Source: Botryllus schlosseri (Eukaryota). From it: 64,000 nucleotides of DNA. The stretch covers positions 36,706,001 to 36,770,000 of the forward strand of contig CM119372.1 in assembly GCA_051294905.1 (NCBI GenBank), given 5' to 3'. Below are positions 1 to 12,139 of this stretch, piece after piece. Made by a program: the position numbers and the translations under genes. Every line of letters starts with the position of its first letter. The stretch's first letter is position 1. The notes under the pieces are model-generated. The model had not been told where the DNA came from. It worked only from the letters and a program-made list of their open reading frames with translations, and searched no databases.

Positions 1-3000
1 ACGCGGTGGCGACAAAGGTAACTCGACCCAAATCTGTTTTGTTGCTATATGCTTTACTATGGGAATGGACTAAACATGGACCCAATTTCGTCTATTGGCG
101 TACAACGAGGATGGTGAAAGTATCCATATCAATATAGATCATCCATATGGATATCAAGTAGCTGTTAGCCGACATAAATGAGGCTATTTCTTGGCCGCTA
201 GCCCTCGTGATGGACATTGTCACCATGGCAGGTGGAAGCTTACCGGTACATTGCTGTTAATTTTCCGAGAGTCGTATGATATGGCGAGTTTTATATGCCT
301 CATTGTGTAAGGATGACGGTCATTTGATCTCAGAAGATGCGTCAATTAGAAACAGAAAGTTATCGGGAGGATGGGTTCCGTTTACGAAGAAGAGGTATGG
401 ATGGATGCCTAGTCCTCTACTGGAAAAGTTGTCTGCAGAATATCATTTCACCAACATGATTTATCCTGCTTCCCCTGCAATAAATCAGTTCCCCCATGAG
501 TGTTATGTCTTATGGAAAATTATGTTATGTACATTGTACGTTTGCTGCTGTGAGGTCCCACAACATATAAAAATCATGCGTTGGAATTACAATGAAGCTG
601 ATCACACTTCGGTAAAGGCAGCCTCATCTGTTCTGTTTTCAATGAAAAAGGTTGCAGGAAAGACGTCAGTGTCAAAAGCTGGTGCAAAAGAATGAGCCGT
701 ACGAGTCATCAGTCACGGCATCTTGTTCTGACCAGACATGGGGTAATCGCGATTAGTAATCGTAATCGATTACGACGATAACAGCATTTTCAAGTAATCG
801 TAATCGCAATCGATTACATTCGAAAACAATCCAAAGTAATCGTAATCGACTACTTCATATATCTAATCGATTTCTTTGTGAAAGAACGATTACTTTTTTA
901 TTTGTACAATGAATATGACACAACCGAGTATTCGTGAACAAGGAAGAGATATTATACCAGGTTATTGATAGCGCAAACGGTTGATTTTCAAACGCCACTG
1001 CTCATTATTACGTCAGAAGTATTAGCTATGCTCTTCCTTGCGTAAGAAGTATCACACGTACTAAATATATATTCGATGTACATTGTTGTGTGATTCTTAG
1101 AACAGTGTAAGCCATGCTGTAGGCTATATCAGGTTATCAATACACTCCAGACGCCACTACCTCGCAGCAAGATAATAATAATAATCGTTGGATTATATTT
1201 TTCATCTGAACAAGTGACACACAATGCAGTTGCGATCCTTTTAATCTAACATCCACTTCGGTCTAGAGTGCCCGATTTCGGAGTTCTTATCGATTTTGAT
1301 TTTGTTGAAGCCTCGGCCCTTTCTACCAGTTCTTTCCATTCCTTGTGAGTGCTTTCTTTCGTCGGGTCTTTTTCTGGGCAACGGCAACGGCGGGCGAAGA
1401 GGAGCCCAGATAAACCTCCGACGGCAATCGAGCCGGGACCGCCAGATTGGTGAGCGCTTATTGTTACCTCCACGCTATCTCCCGGCCTAATAATCACCAC
1501 TCTGCCTAGTTTCAAATAGTAACTTATGTATTGATGTTTGGTTATGCTTAATTAAACGCAGTTTGACCGTTGCTGTTTGGCGAGCAGTAGGCCTATCTAT
1601 GTAGTGTACGTAGCCTATGTATTGTACGTACACCGGACAAAGATTTGAAATTTTGTACTCGTCAAATAAAACATATATCATAACCGAGCCGTTCTTTGCC
1701 GTTTCTCGTAACGGCAGCTTGCAGTATCTGTATTAAGTGGAAGGTAGAATTTTAGGTTCACTTTATCTTATTCTCATATGACTGTACTTGAAACGGGCGC
1801 CAATCGTTATTTCACAATTCTTCACTCGCCATTTATATCTGTCGCCATAGCCATCCGCTTATACACCATGTTAGCGGGGGTTGTAGGTACAATCAGGACC
1901 AAAACAGCAATTCGTCCCCCACTCCAAACGCTGGTATTGGTAGGGTTGTAACCAAGTCACAATGTTCCGAGTCACAAGTCAATCTCACATTTATAGTATT
2001 CACTCGAGTCAAGTCGAGTCATTTTCAATTCACTCCCGAGTTAAGTCTAAGACCAAGTCAGCTAGTATATAGGGTCGAGTCCGAGTCATAGTGTTTGACT
2101 CGAGTACGAGTCCAAGTCGTTATGTTCACAGATCAGTTTTCCGATCAATCCGGTTCAACCCACTTTTTTCAAATCTGCTCGAGTGATATAGAATGGCTCG
2201 TATTCATAATGTAGTAATTTTCATTAGTTTCCACAGTTTACGGCCCTATTTTCAAGTATCAGGGCTGATAGTCGAAATACAAATAATGTGGTAACTGTAC
2301 TATTCTTCGAAGTTACATGGAATGTCTGTCTTGGCCATTCTAGTCTCGAGCAACAGAGCGCAGCTACTGACAATGGACACATACCCAAAGTTTTGGCCGA
2401 GGTCATTCTAGTACACATTGTGGAGTTGCATGTTGGCCGAAATTGCGTACGTATTTTGGTGTGTCGTGGTGGGGTAATAACCGCCACCGAAATGCCTATT
2501 CCTATGAATCATGCATGCTTTTTTTCTTGAGGGGGAGAGGTATGCGTTTCAAAATCAAGCTATTTAGAGACATTAAATCCCAAAGCTCGAAGAAAATTTT
2601 CAAGTTCAATAACTCTCTTGAAAATACTCTATAATAATTTATGTTTACGAAATACTTTTGAGTCCCCTTAGAGCTCGCTCCCGGTCCTATTGGGAAGTTT
2701 GGGGTGTGGCAGTTACGTACCTGGCAAGAATGCAAATCGTTGGGTGCGACGAATAGTCTTGCATAGAGTTGGGCAATGGGTGCATTATTACGTAACAAGC
2801 AAATGACGCATAATTTATGAAGATAGTTGTTATCTCATTAGACCTTTTCATCGCAAGCCTTATATTGCCTTCAAATATTTCTTCTGAAATTAGTTCTAAG
2901 AAGCAAAACAAATGTAATCGTGAGTAATCGTGATTACTTTTGAAATGGAATCGTAATCGTAATCGACTACTTCCTGATTTTGCTGTAATCGTAATCGTAA

Positions 3001-4304
3001 TCGCGGGAATCACAAGTAATCGTAATCGCAATCGATTACATTCGTGAAGTAATCACCCCATGTCTGGTTCTGACAATTCAACAATTTGGAAAAGGGGATA
3101 GCTGAATCTGTAGTGATTCACCCCTTATTGAAAGAAGCATACTCTATAGTTGATAGTGAAAAGCAACCATCATTCCAACTATAAATCCTGAACACTCAAC
3201 ACAGTCGGATATTGTAAGCAATGGCGTCATTTTTGTACTTCCAACTGAAAGACTTGGAAATTAGGCTTAGTTGTAAGACAACTATCTCATATGACTTCAA
3301 CAAAACATGACTATTGTCAGTTGCTCACTACATGGACTCTTATTATACGTATCGGATTATCTGATACATATTTCGTTGGTAGCACAACGAACTTTGCTAC
3401 AACCTTCAAGATTTTCAAGTACAAACTCGATGATCAAAAATGACCAAGGCTCACAAGCTCATTTTTGTGTTTTACAATTCTTGGATATGGTGATGCTATT
3501 AGTATCAATTGGGTTTACAAGTATTTTGCTTTTTGTCTTAAAGCAGTCCCATACATGGGTTTTTCAAATAGCGGGTTGACATTCCTTCTTCCTAAGAATT
3601 ATGTAATTGTGCAATAAAATGAGCATGCGTAAATACGTTGCTTAGAATGTTATAATCCAATATTTATGTGCTTACCATTCGACAACCTCTGCTTTATAGA
3701 CTATTACGCTTTGCGACTTCAGTTTATAACCGTTCCATTTTATTCAACAAAATAACTGCAACAATACAACTGGTACTGTTTAATTGTCAATCATCAGTGA
3801 GGATGAGATCTAGTTGGTATTATTAGTATTTTATCATTTAAAAACACCAACAGATAGTGATGAGATTGAAGAATAGGAAGGTATCGGAATGACATGAAGT
3901 CTTCCAACCAGACAGCTATTTGGTTAAGGTCATAATATATCTAGAAAGGGTTTGTGTTGAATCCAGTTCAATCTGGTGTAGTTTTGGCCGCTAAATGGCG
4001 AGAATAATAATGATAGAACCATTGCAGTTGGTGATGACGAGGATATAATCATAATTTCAGCACTTCCATCACGAGAACAAGACGCCTAGAAATAGCACCA
4101 TTTTCGTCGGTCAACAGCTATTTCATATCCATATGGATGATTCAAGTTGATATTGATACTTTGACCATCCTCGTTGTGCGTCAAGAGATGAAATTAGGTC
4201 CATGTTTAGTCCATTCCCATAGTAAAGTATACAGCAACAAAACAGATTTGGGTCGAGTTACCTTTGTCGCCACAGCGTGTTCAAAATGAAGTGGAACAGC
4301 CCCA
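1..4304. mobile_element. Long-TIR DNA transposon remnant (possibly hAT-type); left end lies outside the window
   Basis: 1-173 is the reverse complement of 4106-4278. The right end reads ...GAACAGCCCCA, resembling the TAGGGCTGTTC ends of the 43366 element. The interior has decayed coding-like sequence (GHCHHGRWKLTG near 213-250). Confidence 0.6.
733..3066. mobile_element. Non-autonomous hAT element nested in the long-TIR element
   Basis: TIR CAGACATGGGGT...ACCCCATGTCTG; 8-bp TSD GTTCTGAC (725-732, 3067-3074); (GTAATC)n subterminal arrays; contains a fragment of the 18217 family at ~1941-2120. Confidence 0.9.
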
Positions 4305-5000
4305 TTAGCGAGAACCGCGTGGATAGCGACACCCGATCTCCAGAAATGTTTTTATTCATTTGTACACCATCATGGGTCACGAAACGTAGTGATGGAAAAA
4401 TTCGGATTCGTTGTAATAAGAGCTCATATTGCTGAACATGTGTTCAAGGAAGATCATGGACTCACTAATTGATAGCACTTACAAATAAAATTACACATTT
4501 ATGTTATTTTAAGTTCTTTTAGTATTGTGCAAAAGTGTAGTTTACGGCGGCTTATATATATATCGCACGCATGAGTTCGTCAACATCAGGAAGTTTATCT
4601 GACCCGTGTATTATTCGGCATTTAAGTATGTAAATTGATGCTACCCCGCAACATTTGGAAAATTTTCAAACCCCTCCAATTTTTTCTGTTGGCTGCGCGC
4701 CGGGGTAGATACATTTCTTTACGGAGGTACGTTTACGGTTACCAGTTCACCGCTGTGTTAATTTTGTGGTGTGCTAAACAATTCCGGGAATCTTGACAAT
4801 CACCAATAGCAAGTAGTATTTACTAAGCACAGCCTTGCAAAATTTCATTGGAGGTAGCACTTTAAAGGGTAGATATGGATATAGAGATTTTAGGTGGGGA
4901 ATGAAGGCTCGGAATAAATCGGAAGTGAGGAATTAGGAGAAAAAGGTTGGGAACCACTGTTATAGTTTGTACATTTGTTCAAGTCAGCTTGACTATAGCT

Positions 5001-5783
5001 TAGGGTTACCATATTTCAGCAACCCAAATTCCGGACACTCTTTAGCGCCCACTAGTGGATTTCAAAATGAGTTTTGACGTAACACCAGCAAAGCTTTGCT
5101 CATAGACCAGAGGTGGTCTCGGTCCGGTTCAGGAGTATGTGGCTGTGTGTTGTGTAACCGGGACCGAAAGCACATGTTTTCAGCCCCCTCCCGCCCAAAT
5201 AATAAATGATTTTAAGCCCACACTATAGGGTAATCGATGCAACTTCTGAAGGGGGGGGGGGGGGGGGGGGGGGTGCTTGCTATATGAATCTGTTTTTATA
5301 TGCATCTGGTCGTTAAATTATTTGAATGAATTCTGTCGTTCAACATATTCGCAAACCCCAGAATAAAGGAAAACGACCCCCCCCCCCCAGTTCGGAACCA
5401 CTATCTTTGAATAATAAGCATTTAAACGGTCTTAACGATCTCTAGGAATATACCGTTCTCCTATAATTGCGATTACAATTTGGCTTATTGCAGTAAATGA
5501 AGGTCGTTTTATTTGTATTTTATGGCAGTTTTTGAGAGGGTGGCAGTCTCCATATTAAAATCAATAGATGTGATAGTAAATCGCGCGAAGCGCGAAGAAA
5601 AATATCATACATCTGCATAAATATTCCCAAACAATATTGTTTTTATGCTGATTTACGAAAAAAATTATGAGCCTACGTCAAAATTCCGGACATTTGGCAT
5701 ATTTTAGAAATTCCTCCCGGACGCTAGTTTGAACAGTGAAATTCCGGACATGTCCGGGAAATTCCGGACGTATGGCAACCCTA
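5001..5783. mobile_element. Non-autonomous hAT element
   Basis: TIR TAGGGTTACCATA...TATGGCAACCCTA; TSD CTATAGCT/CTATAGAT (1 mismatch); TCCGGA subterminal repeats; G23 run at 5251-5273. Confidence 0.85.
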
Positions 5784-6211
5784 CTATAGATTTACTGGTA
5801 GTCCTACAAGTTAAAACACATATGGTATGCACACATGTGGCAGAGTGGTAGACGTTAGTAGTTATTATAATCGCTCGTGACCTGCAATTGTGGCTTATGG
5901 GCGCGGTCGCATGCTAACGCGAAACTCGTGGTGGCATGCTAACGTTTTCAGGTATAGGCTCCGGTGGCATGATAGCGTTACGGAGATAGGGATCGGTCGC
6001 ATGCTAACGTTTTCGGGTATAGGCTGCGGCGACATGCTAACGTGAAACTCGTGGTGGCATGCTAATGTTTTTCGTTATAGGCGCGGCGACATGCTAACGT
6101 TTCAGGGTGTGGTCACTATGGTCAATGACCATTGGTCATCGTCGACATGGCGTTTTAGAATACGTATCAAGGAAAGTAAACAGTCACGTGATTGATCCTT
6201 ATACTTAATGT

Positions 6212-7531
6212 CAGGCCGTGTTATTTTTGGCATATGCCAAAACTGCCAAAAATAGCTTATTTTTGGCATTTTTCAATTTTTATTTTTGGCACTTTTGGCA
6301 TCGCCTTCCAAATAGATAGTTTCAGACTCGAATTAGTCATAGAAACGCTTTATTTGGGTCAGTTTATCAAAAGAAACCCCATTAATGTGCAGCATCCACT
6401 TGTAATCAGTGCCAACAAACATTAAGAAGTAAGAAAAAACCTAGCGATTTCATAGGTTCATAATATCAAACGAAACCACAAAATTTGCAGTATCATCTCG
6501 GGATCTTTTCCAATAGGCAAAAAGAAAGAGAAGCCTAACAAACACTTTCAACACCTGATTGTTATAGTTGTTAAATAGACTTATATTGTCTGCACTGTAA
6601 CAGTGCTTCCAAACTCAGGTGGAATCTGGGAAATATCGGCTTCAACAATAGCCGTTCAGGGAAAGAATGTAGCCAGTCCTCCAAAAAGGTTTTCAGAACT
6701 TGAAAATTTTCGGAGAGCCGAACCGGCTTTCAAGCATCATGAAAATAAATCACTTCGCTAGTGACATCGATCTCATCGCAGAAATAATTTTCTTCCCAAT
6801 ACTTTTCCAGGAGTTTCCTGTGTTGTCTCTCAACACATTTTAGTTTGTGGCCCGACCATCCCATCTCCTTCAGTCTATCGAGATATTTTCGGAGGACTTT
6901 TGTCACTTCAGGTGGCTTTAATATTACCAACTCACATGGAAGAGTCCTGGGAGTGTTAGCTTGTCCAAGAACATTGACGCAACAAGACACTATCTGGCAA
7001 AACGAGACTGCAGCTCAGAATAGCCAGACAGTTTGTTGCGTCACAATGTTCAACTCGATCACAATGCAAAAATCGTGGTTGATTTTGGAGGTTCCAGATC
7101 CATGAGCAGAATACAATCTATATTTTAGTAATCAGTACAACGACAGCTTTCCATTGATACCCGTTTTATCAAATTTAGCGCTCGGCAAGCGGGTCAAAAA
7201 TGGTCGTAAAATTGCCTTTGGACAAATGGCAAGTATGACGTAAACCAAATGCAGTCAGCCGTTCAATCTCGCTGTGCCTACATCATTTAGGACACCATGC
7301 TTGTACCACTAATGAGTCTGCTGGACCCAAATTAAGAAACCTGCCCTTCACACACGCTTTTCTCGCTTGTATCGCGGTCCCGTTAACATAACACCATGAA
7401 CGAACTACGCTATTGGCAGGCCGTGTTATTTTTGGCAAATGCCAAAAATTGCTTATTTTTGGCATTTTCAAATTTTTATTTTTGGCAGTTTTGGCATCTG
7501 GCTCCTGAAATGCCAAAAATAACACGGCCTG
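6212..7531 (-). mobile_element. hAT deletion derivative inserted in the left Polinton TIR
   Basis: TIR CAGGCCGTGTTATTTTTGGCA; TSD CTTAATGT (6204-6211, 7532-7539); second internal copy of the TIR at 7417. Confidence 0.9.
6573..6965 (-). pseudogene. C-terminal fragment of a hAT-type transposase
   Basis: PRTLPCELVILKP...IYFHDA*KPV..., then frameshifted GGLATFFP*TAIVEADIS and LSLEALLQCRQY, resembling a hAT dimerisation region (GGLAxxFPxTAxVExDFS type). Confidence 0.6.
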
Positions 7532-7626
7532 CTTAATGTGTATATTCCAAAGTATTATATGAACAAGTGATTTGTGGTACAGAACTTCAGAATAACGCGA
7601 AACAATAACTTCATATTGTTAATTTA

Positions 7627-7666
7627 TTCGCTAAAAGCTTTTCGACTGACCCTCATCAGTAGCGAA
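7627..7666 (-). ncRNA. Minimal type I hammerhead ribozyme motif
   Basis: Minus strand UUCGCUA-CUGAUGA-GGGUCAGUC-GAAA-AGCU-UU-UAGCGAA: 7-bp stem I, complete core, short stem II, palindromic stem III (AAGCUU), followed by AAUAAA. Confidence 0.8.
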
Positions 7667-7840
7667 ACGTCAGTGATAGGGTGAATCAAATTCGAAATGT
7701 AAGAAATATTTTGTCTGTATGACGTAATAATAACAAAAACAAACAACTAGTAGACGGGCAAGATACGGTAGTAAAGGTACAAAACAAACGTTACCGAGTA
7801 CATATTCGGTTATAAATAACCGAAAACACAACACATAACA

Positions 7841-10033
7841 TTAATGAAATATTCCAAGAGTGTAGAGGCATTCCTTCTGGCGACAGAGAATCGGCTTTCG
7901 TAGCTTTATGATCGTAGATTCCAGGACCTTTAAATGAAAAAGAGAACGGCCACGAGCAAGTATAGAAAATTGACTGTCATTGTAATGATCAGCACATTCT
8001 GGATGGGATAAGAGATGCTGTCCAATAGCCGAATTACAAGCAGTAACTTGATCATAATCACGCATTGTGTCAACAGACTGCGATGAAGGAGTAGGAGAAA
8101 CATTAGTTATTCTAATTTGTCGTGGGACATGCTGGCGAATTCTTTGCTGCAAGCGCTGAGACGTGCGACCTACATACCGACTGTCACATCGGCACGTGTA
8201 TTCATATATTATGTTGCTTTGATTTGTCGCAGGTAGCACATCCTTTTGTGTTGCAGGCATCATAGATTTCGTCATGAAGATTATCTGAGGTTCTACTCGT
8301 GAAAAACAATGCCTCACTGACGATTTAATTTGTTTTTCAAACCTGTTGGACACTTTCCCAATCCAAGGAAGATGCAAATAAACAGGACATTTTCTAGGTC
8401 CAAACGGTTTAAGTTTTCTGAAATCTTTGAGTTTACGATCCATGGTCATTTTAATGATATGATCAGGATAACCATTTGACTGAAAGATTGACCGAAAGAT
8501 TGACCGAATGTTCTCCAATTCAGAATCAAGTTTGACTTAACTACAAATCATCAGAGCCCTGTGCACCAGAGTTCTTATCAAATTTACTTTACGTTTTACT
8601 GGACAGAAAGAATCCCACGAAATGTATTGCCCACTGAATGTAGGCTTACGATAAACTGATGTAACAAAATTAGCATCCGTCTTTTCTACTACAACATCAA
8701 GGAATGCTAATGAATTATTAACCTCTTTTTCCATGGTGAATTTCAGTGACGGGTGAAGACCATTCAATTTGCTCAGAAACAAATCACACTGGGATTCATT
8801 CTCAAATATGGCGAAGGTGTCATCAACATATCTTTAATACATCAATGGTCGATCAATATCTTCGAATAACCGTTTTTCGTAATACCCCACAAAAATGTTA
8901 GCCAGAATGGGAGCAAGAGGCGATCCCATTGAAACACCATCAATCTGTGTATATATGGTGTTATTAAAACTAAATTCGACATCACAAGTGATCAATCGCA
9001 TTAATTTACCAAAAGAAGACCTTGAGAATGGAGGAGATGGAAGGACACCACCATAGAGTTCATTGGCACAAATCTCTATAGCAGTGATTCTCAACCTTTT
9101 TTTAGACACGCCCCCCTTTTTGATAGTGAGAAATTTCGCGCCCCCCTTATCGTCATATTACAAAATCCAACCGGGACGCTAGCAACCCCAACAGATTGTT
9201 TGGTGGTACGGACAGTTATGAATGTTGATGAGAGAATAAAAATATATGAAATTGGGTCCATATAGAGAGAAACACGCTTGCATTGGAGGTAAATCGCGCC
9301 GAGCGCAAAATTTTTTTCAGGTGACCGCTTCTTCGCGCCCCCTTCAGATGTTCCACGCCCCCCCCCCCCAAGGGGGGCGCGCCCCCGGGTTGAGAACCCC
9401 TGCTCTATAGTCTCTTGAACTGGCACGTTCGTGAATAAACTAGATATATCAAACGAACACATAGAGATTTCGGACTCATCGAGATCAACATTACGAATGG
9501 TATCAGCAAATGTGAACGAGTCACGAATGCAGTTACCACCATAGAATAAACTCACCGGCTCAAGATATCTCGCAATCCACTTCGCGACTTTGTGATACGC
9601 TGATCCAACCATCGATAGTATCGGACGTAAGGGTACATTCGATTTATGGGTCTTCGGAAGACCATACATCCGTGGTCGAATAGAGCCAGTGGGTCTGATG
9701 TCATCGTATTCATCAGAAGAGATTTTTCCCGCATTCTTGAGTGTCAATAGTAGACGCTGAATACGAGCTTCTATCTTGGAGGTGTTGTCATTGTCACACG
9801 CAGGGCCAATGATTTCAAATTTAGACTTGTCGCCGAGAATTAAATCCATTTTAGAAATGTAGTCACACTTATTCAAAATGACTACACCAGATCCTTTATC
9901 AGGCTTGGTTATATGAATTGACTTATTGGATTTCAGGGATCTGATGCTCCTGTAGCAATCGGACGTCATTGTGAAATCACTTCTGTCGATTGGAGTTCCA
10001 CAAAAACCGTGCGCTAAGCTACTTAGTTTGGCT
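7841..10033 (-). pseudogene. Penelope RT + GIY-YIG endonuclease ORF, disrupted
   Basis: ORF pieces 9091-9969, 8834-9109, 8537-8782 and 7841-8518 join into one polyprotein after removing the MITE (VQETIE|ICANELY) and correcting breaks near 8834 and 8537. Confidence 0.9.
9082..9402. mobile_element. hAT MITE inserted in the Penelope RT
   Basis: TIR CAGTGATTCTCAACC...GGTTGAGAACCCCTG; TSD CTCTATAG (9074-9081, 9403-9410). Relatives at ~17160-17435, ~31113-31400, ~31930-32202, ~33872-34194, 35597-35905. Confidence 0.95.
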
Positions 10034-10199
10034 GAATGTAGCGATATACATTAACCAATGAAGACACAATATAGTAAACATGTGCGAGGAAACTCACAAG
10101 TAACCCGGGATTGTTAGCGCGATGGGGAGCATAAATTCAGTCGTTTTCCGAACACCGTTATCCACGTACCAACCAGTTACCAGTTACTAGTTACCAAAG

Positions 10200-12100
10200 T
10201 CGAGGTGTGCAAAGGGTTAGGAATAGTTTTGTATGATAATATATTCTAGCTTTTCTGTTGTGAGGACAATCATTTGATGACTCGGCACTTTTCATTAGCG
10301 AAGTAGATTGTTTCGTGTGTAAGATTTAAGGGTAGTGTCGAGAAAACATCTGTACGCTTCTGTTGGAGTAACCAGATTACTATGATGTCATTGATAGGTC
10401 TCTCAAGCAGTGACCCATACTTTTTGTTTTTGAAAGATGTCGTGGTGTCGATATAATATTTCCTAGAAGTGAAAATCGGATCGATACCGTGAATGTGTAT
10501 GGCTTACGATAAACATATATTGTATACATACAACTTTGCTACAAGAACTATGATATTCCTGTGTATTAGGTCCGTGTTGGGTTATTTGAATATGATTTAT
10601 TGCTATGACATTTTCATATCCTTCATCCGTGGTTGGTTTTTGTTTTACGAAAGATGACGCGATCACGGTGTAATAAATTGTGTTAACCAAACTTTGATAG
10701 ATGCCGCGGTTGTGTAGGACTTACGCACGGTATTCACATATTGTACATATACAAACTTTTGTGTAAATAACTCTGATGTTTCTGTAAGAAGGCTACTAGT
10801 TCTACGTTGAACTATGTGAAGACTAAGCTACGTTGGATCATTCCTGTTAAAAACACTTGCGAAAGCAAAACAGTTCGTAGAGTCTAACCAACCATTCTTT
10901 ATTTTGAAAGCGTAAGCAGTCATCTTCAGTTTCGTAGTACGAAAAATATCGAGTAAAACGAGTACTTTGTGTGATGTATATATCTTCCATACTTTTGTAT
11001 GAGTCGTGGAGATCATCAGTCGTATCATACAAGTAACTAGCTGGCACAAACAAAATACTGAATGAAGACTCGCGTATTTTTTCATAAGGCACGAGAGGGA
11101 TTATTGTTTTCTGTTGCACTAAAATATTTTCTGCTACACTAACATAATTCGTATCCAGCAAAACGATGGACGCCGATGAGCCGATGGAGTTTAAATCCGG
11201 AATGTAGTAAGTGAAGTGGTGAACACCTCTAGTAATAAAATCGAAACGGACAAAACAAATTTTTGGCGTCTTGGTTGTTGTAAATAACTATTTGGTATGA
11301 CATTAGTTGAGTGGGTGACAATTCGTATCTGTCGCGGTTGAATGTTTAACCATATCGATATGAATCCGGAACACATAAAGTATGCATTGATCACAATGGA
11401 ATTCGATGAAAATGTTAACCGCATAGAGTGTGTTTGCAATAAAGTAATTTCCAACGCGGTCACCTTGATCGGAATTGATTCATGTCATACAAAAACATTA
11501 AACCATTGTACAGTTTCGTAGTACGAGAATTTCGAGTGAAGTTGATTATTTTTGTGTGATGGAAAAATCTTTTATTGAATGAATACTCACACACTGGTTT
11601 CATAATCTGGCGAGTGAAAATTGTTTTCTGCTGGATAGATATGATCTGTATTTAGAAAAAACGATCATCCACACCGATTAAGCGACGCTGTTTCATAACC
11701 GATAAGTGAGTGAAATTTCTTGGGGCTTGATTTAGCGAGTTAATTGCCGGCGATTCAATCACATACAAGTAACGTCTTTTAGTGGCTGAGTATTGTGATG
11801 ACATTTACTTTGACGAATGACAATAGGGAAATTTCCGATTTCTTTGATCGTGTGCGTTCTACAAATAGATCTAGTAATGCAATCGGTGAATATCAAACAA
11901 ATGGACAACGACTTTCATTAGTTTGGTTAGATGGTGACAAATATTCTGGAGGTTCAAATCGACATCACTACTATGAACAAGAATACAAACGTATTTTTGT
12001 AGATTTCAGTGTAGTACATACTTCGATTTTATTATTGTTATGAGTTTTGTATTAACTAAGGCCGGTTGAATAGGATGCATCCACCGAATATACCTCTATT
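10200..12100 (-). pseudogene. Decayed Polinton cargo gene(s) with a duplicated module, possibly penton-related
   Basis: ORF fragments 11191-11463, 10847-11161 and 10463-10690. The module RLIGV.xRFxLxT....AEN...ITQ...FTRxFSYYET occurs twice. Confidence 0.35.
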
Positions 12101-12139
12101 TACTTTTTTGATGATCAAAGTCTTAGAGTGTGACCTCGT

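Larger units (their letters stand above)
7620..10035 (-). mobile_element. Penelope-like retroelement, 5'-truncated, nested in the Polinton
   Basis: RT motifs ITKPDKGSGVVIL, PRMYGLPKTHK, PLRPILS, SFDISSLFTNVP, YTQIDGVSMGSPLAP, LAFLDV, VYRKPT; GIY-YIG endonuclease NIIYEYTCRCDSRYVGRT...RIRQH...SAIGQHL; 3' hammerhead motif and AATAAA. Confidence 0.95.

Noticed and set aside
5251..5273. G23 run as a functional G-quadruplex
   Set aside because: It is a homopolymer within a TE, its length is assembly-sensitive and there is no supporting context.
5905..6105. CRISPR-like repeat-spacer appearance
   Set aside because: The repeats are ~10 bp, the spacers are mutually similar, the array is mirrored as a TIR, the context is eukaryotic and no cas genes are present.
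6730..6990. Captured host gene inside the hAT element
   Set aside because: Its continuation has transposase dimerisation-like motifs, so it is better explained as the element's own gene.
9091..9402. C-terminal ~100 aa of ORF 9091-9969 as a novel domain
   Set aside because: It is read-through into the MITE.
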